Part shown: in pieces, positions 23,345-35,300 of the stretch
Position numbering within the stretch: the first letter of the stretch is position 1
How the letters are laid out: every line of letters starts with the position of its first letter
From: Eutreptiella sp. 'Long Island Sound 2002'
Taxonomy: Eukaryota; Protista; Euglenida
Assembly (NCBI GenBank): GCA_964036045.1
Contig: OZ038378.1
Location: 171,430,001 to 171,494,000, forward strand
Length of the DNA: 64,000 nt
Direction: 5' to 3'
Made by a program: the position numbers and the translations under genes
The notes under the pieces: model-generated
Told to the model about the DNA's origin: nothing
Database searches by the model: none
What the model saw: the letters and a program-made list of their open reading frames with translations, nothing else

Positions 23345-26300
23345 CGTGCGCGTGTGCGTGTTTGTTACCATATGCATGTGTAGCCTGCTTTCCTTGATTG
23401 CAGTTTAAACAAGCCTGAACACCTCAGCATCCAGGCAAGCTCTAGTTTTGCATATTTTGCTCATTGGGAATGGGGTTTCTGATATTTGGGGTGACCGCAT
23501 GGTGGTGCGCTGCACATTCCCAAATGCTCTATCATCTGGGTTTACGCCCAGGGTCGTTTGACGGTTTTGCTGCCCCCTCCCCTCCGCCTTCTGGTCGTCC
23601 ACCCCCTGCCTCGCTGTGTTTCCATGGGCATGTGGTCCGTCGGGTTGCAGTTTCTTTAGGGGGCCCCCGGACAGCCACCCGTCCCTCCCTCCGTGTGCTG
23701 CGTGGGGTCACCACGTTCTGTCGGCCGCTGCGGCCCCGAAGGGTGCCGAGTTGGGAAAGGGAGCCCTGGGGCAAGGCTCCCGCCTTCCCTGCGAGAACAC
23801 CGGCCATCTCAACAACAACACAAGGTGTTGTTTCCGGAACTTCTTGAACCATGGAATTTGGCAGTTCCATTTTCTGGTTGGCCTTGAAGATCAAGTTTCT
23901 GCTGTAATTTGGGGCTGGAGATGATATTTTCGGGTCGCCTAATACTGTCCTGCTACTTGTTGCCACATGTCCATTTGTTCATGTGTGCAGGTCATAAAAC
24001 ATAAACCGGGCACTGAGATAGTGCCACTGCTTGTGTCTTCTGAGGGTGCGCGTTAACAACGCCCTTGTCAGAGCAACAGGCGGCGTTGTTTCCGTCATTT
24101 TCAGTATTGTTACTGTTGTCGTCTGAACTGGCATTCCTTTCTGCTGAAGAGGTGATGCTGACTGGCTACCATCTTCAGTCGAAGCATAGGAGTCTGTGTT
24201 TTCAAAAAATGCAAAAAATGCTCTTCCTCGAGTACTGTGAAGTGAGCAGGCTACGCCAGCTCATCTTGGTCTGAGCCAAAAAAAAAAATACTCTTCCTGC
24301 TCATTTATGATCAACAAACGTGCCTCTTCTTTGCTTGGTCGGCACAGTCTTTATGTTAGTGTGTCCCAAGAAATTTTTTTTCTGTATTTTTTCTGTATCC
24401 TGTGTTTCCCAAAAAATGCTGTTGTGTATCTAGTGTGTATCCTGCAATTTTTTGTGTGTGTGACAAGGACTACGGGGCTGGGGGGGGGATTCGCGGGGAA
24501 AATTTCATCGGTAAGACAAGTGTCAAAATTTTCCCTCCGGAGAAATTTTCGCGGCGTGTGACCACCACCTTCACTGCAAATTCAGATGCAGGCTGGAGCC
24601 CACCAGGAAATAATAACAGCAACCATCCAAAGCCCACCAGGAAATAACGGGACCCAGAACCCCCCAGGAAATATCAGGAACTATCCGGAGCCTACCAGGA
24701 AATGAAGAGGAACCATCCAGAGCTTACCAGGAAATATCAGAAACCATCCAGAACCCACCAGGGAATAGCAGCAAGCTTTAGGAGGTAGCAAAATTTTCCC
24801 CTTCCGAAATTATCCCCGTCGAAATTGTCCACTGGCAACCCCCCCCCCCCCCCTTTGCATAGGATTACAATGGGGTTCGATTCGGGTAGGACCACAGTGT
24901 GGTTCGAGGATGATGGGACGTGGGGTTTGAATTAGTATGCACTGCTCTCACCATTTATTACGAGCCTGCCTGCAGCACCACCCTGCGCTTGTATACGTAA
25001 GCGAAACCCACAGCACCTATGTATGTGTGCCACACCTCTGTAGGAGACATGCCGGTTAGTCACACTGCCTGACTTTGCGAATCCCTTTACACTAGACCTG
25101 GCGTAAAATTATCCACTACAACTGTGACATCTAGTTTTCTCGACTACGTATGCAACAGATTGATCTTGGGTTGCTTTGGTGTGCTGCACTACCATGCACC
25201 AGAGTAACCTGCAACCACAGGTCCATGTTCTCCCCAGGGGGCACATGATTCATCGCGTGACTGCACTGAGCCCTGCAGCACTGGTGTAGAGACCGGGCAG
25301 TCAGCCCGAGCGCCTTACTGCTACTCAGCACAGGCCTGATGTGCAAAAAAACTATGCACTATCTCATATATCGCACGAAGTCGCGGGGTGTGGGGGTGTG
25401 TGTGTGGGGGGGTGGACGGTTTGAGGAAAGAACCTAGTGCACAAGTGTGGGAGTCACCAACAATCACGAAAGAATGACCACACTATGCAGCCCGTACACA
25501 ATGTGCAAAGCGAGCCAAGGTGCGCAATGTGTGTGGGAAGGGTTGCTGGTGCACACACAAGGCGGTGCACATACAACGCATTGCACACACAAGGCAGTTT
25601 GTAGCTACCGCAGGAGGCTTGTTATTTAAGGGCGTTACGGGGGCTGGCCCCTGCGACAAGCGAAGCGAGCCGAGGTGGTGTGGGGGAGTAAGGTGGGGGG
25701 GGGGGAGGTGTGGGGGGGGTGTGGGGGGTGTGGGGGGCGGTGTGGGGGTGGTGTGGGGGGGTGACTTTGTGCATACTATGCCTGATGTATAAAAAAAATA
25801 CGTACTATCCACACCATTCATCTTTGCTTTGCATGACAGAAGTTGTGCATGAAGCAGACCTTGTGTGAAGGGTGTGTATCCCAGGCGTTTTGTTCTGTCC
25901 ACTGTGTTTCCCAAAAGTGTTTTTTGGCGTATCGTACATTGGCTAGATATGCATTAATATGTAGTGCAGGTCAGCACTGGCTGGCATATGCATTTGAATT
26001 TCAACGTGCAAGATACACGTTTGTGTAATTATTTGTAGCTCCCTTGTGTTTCTGATGACGTGATATTTCTGATCCCGAGAATTTCCAGTTGTGCGATATT
26101 GCAGCTTTGCTGCAGTCGCATACATCAGGTTCCAGAGCTGTCCACAACCTCCAGGTCCGCTGTAGCAATGGATCTTCCATTTTCCATGTACAGAGTATGT
26201 TCAAAGGGCAACAATGCTGCTTTTGAGTCCAGCCACGTTTTCCTGGGTGCGTTACTGTAGCATACCGATGGTTCGTACATCATAGGCCAACAACAGCCAA

Positions 26301-29300
26301 CAACATTCGATGCTTTGCTCTCTTGCAGAGGATGTTGAGGCATCAACTACACCAGCGCCGAAAGCAGGCTCTTCAAAAGGGGTATGGTTTTCTGTGTGTT
26401 CCCCCTGCCGCTACGCCCGGCCCCTGTCCCTCCCTGTCCGGGCCCGCATGTGCCTGTACCTTGTTTGTGCGGTGGGAGAGCTTGTTTGCAGCTCAGCCTC
26501 ATGCAATCTCTTACTCCTCTTTTGTGTGCTCCGTCGTCTGTCCATCCCTCCCTCCCTCCGTGCCTCCTCGCCATCCTTCCCTCCCTCCCTCCGTGCCTCC
26601 TCGCCATCCTTCCCTCCCTCCCTCTTCCCTCGCATTTTGACAGGATGAATCCTTATCCTGTACTCCCTACGCCAATTCAACCGAGGAGACCTGGAGCGCC
26701 TCGCGAAACCGTCCAAACGCGTAATTGGTCGCTGTGGTGTGCCTTCATCAAGATCGTGCTTGCTCGCTCGTTTTTATGGGATCAGCGTTGCTCTCTCTGT
26801 CGCTCGAGGCTGGCCTTTACCACGTTCACATGCTATCCCAGTCCAATCCCTTGCATGTGCTGGCACGGTTTGGGGCACAACAAGTTGGTTCCAAGCGCGT
26901 GCATACATCATTCATGGACGGGGTCGAAGCGAAGGGGAAAACGAGGGCAAGCAGAGTTGAATTTGCGGGGTTGTTGTGGGACGTCCTGTTGTACCTGCAC
27001 ACGAGGGTTCTCCCTGTGTTGTTGCTGTGCAGGATGTGGTGTGAGAAACACCCACTGCACGCTGCATGGGCGGTGAATCCCTGAAACCACCAGCAAAATG
27101 CCTGAGCAGTTTGCGCCCCACTGATGGGTAACACTTGGTGATGCGGAACCCCGAGCCCTTTCCCACATCAGTGGTGGTGAGCGGGAAAGGCTTTGCATGG
27201 AGCGTGCCGGCGCCGGCATGGGAGGGACGCCAGGGGGCAGAAGCAGCAGCTGTGAGTAGCGGGACAAGTGTCCCACTCTCACGCACCTAGAACAACCCCC
27301 CCCCCCCCCAGCTGTTAGGTAGCCCAACTGCCCACCTCTCACAGTTTTTTTGAACCCGCCCCAGAGTTCCACTTAACAACTCAGCACCAGTCGGGGGTGG
27401 GGGGGGGGGGTGATGGGGGGGTTTTCAGACCCCTTAAGTGATTGGGCCAAATTTTGCTCCGCACCTTTGGCCAATCAAAATTTTCTCTGGCGCCTTTGGC
27501 GCCAGTCAGTTTGGGTCAAAAAATTTTTCTTGGTCCTTTGCCCTCCATTACGCTGGGACCAGTAGGGAGGTGGGGGGGGGGGAGCACCCACCCACCCACC
27601 CACCCCGCTCTTAAGTGGAACTCTGACCCGCCCCCCTACCCCCTGCAACGAGTGGTGCAACCACCAACCCACCTGTTCACGAGTGGAGTTCACGATTCCC
27701 TCCTGAAAAGGCGCGAACATTCATACACCTGGAAGTACCAACCGGCCTACTCCTCTCACCCTTTTGGTGCATCCCCGCCGCCCAAGCCCCCCCCCCAACC
27801 CAACCCCTCAGTGCCACCAACAAGCATTTCACACAACAGATACGGCACTAGACCCCGTTTGTGCTACACTGTAACCTATCAGCTCTTATTACCGAGCTGG
27901 GTTTACCCTGTCGAGGTTTTACACCACCTTTTAGGGGCCAAGGCTGAGCTACACGTTTTAGCCAGCAGCAGCAGCAACAGCAGCAAGCAAGCAGAAGGTC
28001 CAAAAGTCCTTGCGACCACACCGTGGCTCAAAACCGGCATCCAAGTAGCTCAAAACGACCGGGGAGCGAATGCGCATCACCACAAACAAATTTCGTTGCG
28101 TTTTGAGCCGTCTAGCCCATTCTACGGCCGATTTACTGTCCAAAAATGGCCGTTTTTAGGCTATTTTCAGGACGATCGTCCTGAAAGTTCAGGACGATCG
28201 CCGGTGTGTTACGTGGGCGTTTGCAATGAGGGCCGTGGTTCTTCCATGGCGATTGGGCTATCAAATCATGGCAAATGGGTGTTCAATAAGGCGTGTACCA
28301 TGCCGTGGTGCCACACGGTGGTCCATTTCGAGGTGAAAACGAGCCGTTTTTGAGCGCGTTTTGAGCGCGTTTTAGGGTTTTAGGACCATCGTCATGACCG
28401 TGGAGGCACATCTCTAAAGCAAGCGGTCTTTCTTGTGACCACACCGTGGCTCAAAACCGGCATCCAAGTAGCTCAAAACGACCGGGCAGCGAATGCGCAT
28501 CACCACAAACAAATTTCGTTGCGTTTTGAGCCGTCTAGCCCATTCTACGGCCGATTTAGTGTCCAAAAACGGCCATTTTTGGGCTGTTTTCAGGACGATC
28601 GTCCTGAAAGTTCAGGACGATCGCCGGTGTGTTACGTGGGCGTTTGCAATGAGGGCCGTGGTTCTTCCATTGCAATTGGGCTATCAAATGATGGCAAATG
28701 GGTGTTCAATAAGGCATGTACCATGCCGTGGTGCCACACGGTGGTCCATTTTGAGGTGAAAACGAGCCGTTTTTGAGCGCGTTTTGAGCGCGTTTTAGGA
28801 CCATCGTCATGACCGTGGAGGCACATCTCTAAAGCAAGCGGTCTTTCTTCAACGGTGATTACCAATGCGTTACGCAAGATCGTTCCTCTTCCTGTAGTCC
28901 ATTTGGGGTGAACAATGGGCGGTGTCTTCCTGTAGTCCATTTGGGGTGAACAATGGGCGTTTTTGAGTTAGTGTTCAAGAGCGCACACGGCAGGGGCAAG
29001 AAGCTCGCAACACCTGGTGATCCATATGTGCCTTTGTTGCCATGTAGGCTTTCTCATGGCATCCAAGTGGCTGTTATGTACGTCCTTTGGTCGCAGCTCG
29101 CAACACCCGGCGATGCATATGTGCCTTTGTTGCCATGTAGGCTTTCTCATGGCATCCAAGTGGCTGTTATGTACGTACTTTGGTTGCAGCTCGCAACACC
29201 TGGCGATGCATATGTGCCTTTGTTGCCATGTAGGCTTTCTCATGGCATCCAAGCGGCTGTTATGTAGGTACTTTGGTCGCCGTGTAGGCTTTCTCACGGC

Positions 29301-32300
29301 AATCAAACGAATTGACCTTGTCCGGTGGAGAACAGCAGTGTTTGTTTGACCATGCTCATTCCTCAGAATTGTCCATTGGTTGAGTGCACTTGCTCCATAT
29401 GTGCCTTTGTTGTCATGTAGGCTTTCTCATGGCATCAAAACGTGCTTGTTATGTGGGTACCTTGGTCGCCGTGTAGGCCGTACGGTGGCAATCAAACTAG
29501 TTACCTTTCCCAACGAGGAACACCTATGATGTTTGACCATGCTCTGGTTAATTGCCAATTTGTGCCCCTTTGTGGACGCTTAGTTGCTTTTTTTTTCACC
29601 ATCCTTTTGGTGTGGATCTTATTGTATTTTCCATTTGGAGACATGCCTACGCCTTCACTGACCGACAAAGATTGTCATGATGTGGCTCACCTATGGGGAT
29701 GGAAGTGGGTACGCCAAGACAACCAAGACATGAAGGCCAAGGCGGTCATGCGTTGGACTTGTGCATCTTGTGGAGAATCCAAGGATGTACGGTTTGATAA
29801 TATGAAGAAGTTTGGCCCGGGAAAGCACAAGTGTTCAAAACAATCTCAACCACAACAGAAAAAGGCAAATGCGAAAGGAAAAGATGGTCGCCCATCCGTC
29901 ACCACGTTGCATTGCCATCAACTTGCGGCTGAATATGGATGTGATTGGTTGGGGGTGGTTGTGGACAATACCGTGCATGTAGATGACTCCCTCATTTCCT
30001 CAATTCGTGTGATGCGATGGCAATGTTGGGGTTGTACCACCATGTTTGATCGTACATCCAAAAAAATGAAGAGTCAAGGCTTTGTTTGCTCCACTTGTAA
30101 CGCATCACAATCTAAGGAGGACAAAAAGCGCGCAGGGCAAGCGGGTGGTGTGGTGGCATCCCGAGAGGACAAGCAGCGGGCAGGGCAAGCGGGTGGTGTG
30201 GTGGCATCCCGAGAGGACAAGCAGCGGGCAGGGCAAGCGGGCTCCAAGGAGAATAAGCAGCACGCAGGGCAAGCGGGCTCCAAGGAGAACAAGCAACGGG
30301 CGGGGCAAGCGGGCTCTCAGGAGGACAAGCAGCGGGCGGGGCAAGCGGGCTCCAAGGAGGACAAGCAGCGGGCAGGGCAAGCGGGCTCCAAGGAGGACAA
30401 GCAGCGGGCGGGACAGGCTAGCCCTAAGGAGGACAAGCAACGGGCGGGGCAAGTGGGGGGCCAAGCAGGCTCTAAGGAGGATAAGCAACGGGCAGGGCAA
30501 TGTGGGGCCGTTAGACGTGCTTTGAATTATGCACGTGAAACCGTGGCAAGTCAGTCAACACAAGCCATTCAGCACATGTGGGAGAGAGGCGATGAGATAG
30601 AACCGCCCGGATCCGTTGTGGATGAAGATGAGGAAGCCATGCTGCAATCGGTTGCAGGCCCATCACCTGATGAGTTTACGGGATCAAAGGTTGGCACATC
30701 CCTTGCTTCAACTGTGAGAGGCTTTTGGGAGCAAACCGGGATGGATAGATTTCCAATTCAACCTGCAGCCAATTTGGAGAGTTGTGAGTCTTTGGAGGCC
30801 TTGGTGCGAGCTATACTGGATGAGAAGGTGGACACCGTGGATATGGTGGCGTTGGCCAAAGAGTGGCACAAAAAAGTTGGAGTATGCGAGGACATTCAAT
30901 CTTGCGGGTGCTGCGGAGTGAGAGATTTCCAACAAGTGAAGGAAGTGGAGGTATCCAAGTTGGACCTTTTAAGGTTGGACCTAGAACAAGTTTCATGGTA
31001 CCATGGGATTCCCATTCAGTATCGCAAGTATGCCGCGGTCTTTGAACAAGACACAAGGCTATATTGGTTGCACCATGATCTTGTATCTAATGGTGCAGTG
31101 CAATTGTGTAATTCATGTCATCGGAGTTTGTTTCATCCAAAGAAAGGTCAAGTGCCACCAAATGCCATTGCTAGTGGCAAGCATTTTGGTAAGCGATGCG
31201 ACTTACCGGAGTTAACGGATTTGGAGGAGCGTATGTTGGGACGAGTGCGGACAACAGTAAACACCGTGAAGCTTGTTAGTGCCAAGAATGGTGCGACATT
31301 GCAATGGGGTGTTCGAGGACATGCCATTTCTGTGCCGCATGATGGACCCGAAGTGTTGGCTGCACGTCTACCGGATGTAGAGGCTCTGGTGGGTACGAAG
31401 GTCATTTTTGTGGGACCGCGCCGTGATGCGGAGGCTATGCGTCGTGATCAACATTGCAAAGAACGAGTAGAGCGAATCTTCACACCGCGATGGGATCGAT
31501 TGGTTCAATGGTTGCGAGTTTTGAAAGTGATCAATCCGGAATATGCCAACGTCGAAATCTTGGAGGTTGCACCACCTGAAGTGGTTGATTTTCCAAATGC
31601 CGTATTTGACAATATGTCCATTGGTGATCATCCAGACGTGATTGCAGCCGAAAAGCAATCCGGTGCGGACATTGCAGGAGCAAGAAAAGGTGACTTGGAT
31701 GATGGTGAGGTAATATTGGATGCTGTTATGCTGTCGGATGGAGCATTATTGAATTGAGATGGGAACGATGTGCCACAGGTTCTTCAATCTATCAAGGAGA
31801 TGCTAGCGGACCGTCGTAACAGTATAGTTCGACGAGAAGAAGTTGGCATGAACGAGTTTGAGGCCAATGACCGCCTTTTGACGTTGTCCTTTCCCTCGTT
31901 GTTTATGTTTGGAAGTGGTATCAAGCGGCCATGTGGAGTTTCGGAAGCGGATACAAGGCACATGTTGTTGCAATATGATAATCGCTTTGCTGAAGCCCGC
32001 GACTTTTGTTTGTTGCTCTTTAATCAAAAGTTCCGCCACACAGCGTTGCGAAGCGTCAGGGACGCCATTTATGCCAATCCCAATCGAATGAAGGCATTTG
32101 AGACGGCCATCAATACGCCCAATCTTGAGGAAGATTTGAAGAAGGCAGAAGCAAACCCCCAAGGAAAAGAAGCGCGACACCTTGTGCACACATTCATGCC
32201 TTTGTTGCGGACTTACCATGCAGCAGTGCCCTTCAGCACTTCGGAGCGGTATGCAGTGATGGGGAAGATGAATAGTATGATACTGTTCTTTGGGCCTCCA

Positions 32301-35300
32301 AGTCTCTTCTACACGGTTGCACCAAATGATATAGACAACGAGTTGTCTTTATGTTTGTCGATGGGTGATCGGCAAGCCCGTGCTCCATTGCCACAGGTTT
32401 CGCGGCGATTTGAAGCATTATCCAAGAACCCTGTGGCCGCCGCACGCATTTTTGAGCGACAAGTGAGGGCTTTCTTGGAGGTTTTGCTAGGTCTTCCCAG
32501 TTCCAAGCAAACCAAGAAAGATCGTGCGGTGTGCAACCGGAAGAAGGGTCTATTTGGTACATGCGTGGCCCATTGCACATGCTACGAGTGCCAAGGCCGA
32601 GGCTCTCTCTATTTCCATGGTCTCTTTTGGGGTGGCATTCCCCCATGGTTGTTGGACATGGTTGTGGGGAATAGCGAGCTTGTGCAAGCCGTTGCCGCGG
32701 TGTTGGATCAACAAATATGTGCCGCATTGGATGCCCACATTCACCAGGATTATGAGCATAGACTAAAGCACAAGGTTGAAGCCCCACGTATGCTAGAGGA
32801 GAAACAACTTTTGCCTCCATTGCCGGACGACCCCCATGAAGCGGCACGGGAAATTGAACAGTTTGCCTCCAAGGTCTTTGGCAACATTCAAATCCACAGG
32901 TGTCTCATTGCTAGTTGCGGCAAACCACCAGGAGGAAAAAGCGGGTGCCGTTTTGGGTTGCCTCGTGCAGCGGGAGAAGGGTATGATGACACAAGGCCAC
33001 ATTTCTTTGTGGCGTATCATACCCCTTCAGGAAGGCACAACATCCGGATGTATGAGTCGGAGGTAGAATTTGATGCCAATGATGAAAAGGTAAGCTGTGT
33101 TCTCGTCATATGGGAGTTGCGCCGGCCACATCCTTGTGATGGACGTGTGGTTGAAACCAACAAACTCTTGGCCTACCTGTATGCTAGCAACACCAATGTG
33201 CAATTTCTCGGAGGTGAGGACGTGCTGGTTGCTGTGGCCAAATACGTTGTTGGTTACTGTAGCAAGAATCCGGTAAGGATTGCCCATGTGTTGAGCACAA
33301 TTCGTCAAGTGACTCGTGAGGTGGACAAAATGGACACCACGCAGTTTGCACAACCCGGAGAGAAGGAGGCTCTCTTGCTAAAGCGCATCATCAACTCGTT
33401 GGACAAGAAGGTGGAATTTAGTGCGCAAATGGCAGCCGTCTCCTTGTTGGGATATCCCTCATGGCATTGCTCTCACAAGTTTGCCGTTGTGCATCCTTGG
33501 AGCACTGTAACCGCCATTCTCGCTTTATTCAATGGAATGTTGGAAGATGGAGACGGGGAGAATACAAGTGATGATGAAGGTCATGCAAACTTGCAGAATA
33601 TTTGTGTAGATGCGCCATCCATATCGTCATGCGTGTCAGATGTGGTGGATGACGATCCCTTGGCAACATCACATGTTGATATGCAGGAAGCATCACAAAC
33701 AGCAACACATCCGCCTCCAAATGACAATGGCACGGGTTCTTCAGAGGATGACCAAGATGACAACAATACTCTTGTGGAACACCTGAACTCTTTGACAATG
33801 GATGTGGCACAACCTGATGCGGATGCAACATGCCGAGCATACCTTTACACAGTGGGTGAAGGATTGGAAGCCAGGAAAATTGCTGTCACGCCCGCCATCA
33901 ATTATGCTTGTTGTGGGAAGCGGCTTAGGGCCCTTTGCGCTCTTGAGTATTATTGTCTCATCAAAATAGAGCAACGGCGTGCAACGGACCCTATTGAAGT
34001 TACCGATGGAGTCAATGATGGACGCCCCAAAAATGCCATGGTTGATTTCCATCCCCGGCATGTGCTTGATGATAGCAATTACGTGCAATACCTAGTGTCA
34101 CAATCTAGGTGCCCTATCTTGGCAGGGAAGCGCATGCCCGTGTGGCCCGGTGTGGATGGTAGTGCTCGCACAAGGAAGGCATGGGCCCAGTTTGTCATGT
34201 GCAATTTCGTTCCTTGGGATATTGAACAACCGCCCCAAATCACTTGGAACGATTACTTGCAATGGGAGGAACATTGCAAGACCGCACATGCAAGCTACTT
34301 GGAGCGCAGTCGGCATTCCATGGTTGTCCGGTTGAAGAAGATTGGGCACTATGATCGCTTGCGAAAGTCATTGACGGATGACATTCGAAAGCGTTGTAGG
34401 AAGATTTGGGGTGTGAGGCACCCGTTGGATGTTGATTTCAATGCGGGTAAGGAGATGGCGGAGCTGAAGGAAACGAGAACGGAGGTGAAAGATACCAGGT
34501 TCGCCGAAGCGGTGCAAGATATGCAAGAAGCAATTCAAAGAGCCCAAAACGCAAATAAAAGAGGACGTGCGGCTTCAAGTGAGGAGTTTGATATCCTCAA
34601 AGAAGCCTTGAATTTGCACTTGGGCTTGGCACCGGCGATGAGTCATGCCTCACAGGAGAAAGAAACAAAGTTTCTTTATGCTTTGGGCGATGATCATCAT
34701 TACCCACATGGAGATGATATTTACTCCCATGCCCAAAGAGTATTCGATGGTATCAAGGGTGAGGAGGAGTCACCGGAGACAGATGTTTCTTCCACATGTG
34801 ATGGTCACATTAGATCAACAGGAAGTCCGGATCAAGAAGAGATCATCGACAGGATCACAAATTACGTGAGGTTAGAGGCCACGTGCGACTCATCCGCAAA
34901 GCCAATTGCACCTTTGGTCTTCCTACATGCTGGCGGAGGAACGGGAAAGAGTTGGGTGGCACGGGAAATCCATGCAAGATTACGACAAAGCTTTGGTTGG
35001 AACGTTGTGCGATTTGTTGCTCCATCAGGAATCGCCGCAAGTAATCTGGCAAAGGGATCTACCATCCATCATGCATTGGGCCTTGCTGTTTTTGATGGAG
35101 ACAGTGAAACACTGCAATGCGAGAGTGACAAGGCAAAGTTGCACCGCTTGCGCAAACTTTTTGAAGGTTGCAAAGTGTTGATAGTGGATGAAGTCTCAAT
35201 GGTTGGTTGTCGCATGCTACGGGATATTCATAGCCGCCTATGTGAGATCATGCAATGCCAAGATAAACCATTTGGCGGTATGTGCGTGGTATTGATGGGT

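Noticed and set aside
24179-26720. Possible extra TBP-like exons 24179-24241 (phase 0-0) and 26644-26720 (phase 0-2)
   Set aside because: No homology support. The second is phase-incompatible with exons 39713/39835. The first cannot be excluded without cDNA.
27442-28776. 303-aa and 113-aa ORFs ending in ..HTVVHFEVKTSRF
   Set aside because: They are the two copies of the 423-bp duplication, and the longer one crosses the Helitron left junction. The homologous fragment at 55883 is not open in the same way and no domain is recognisable.
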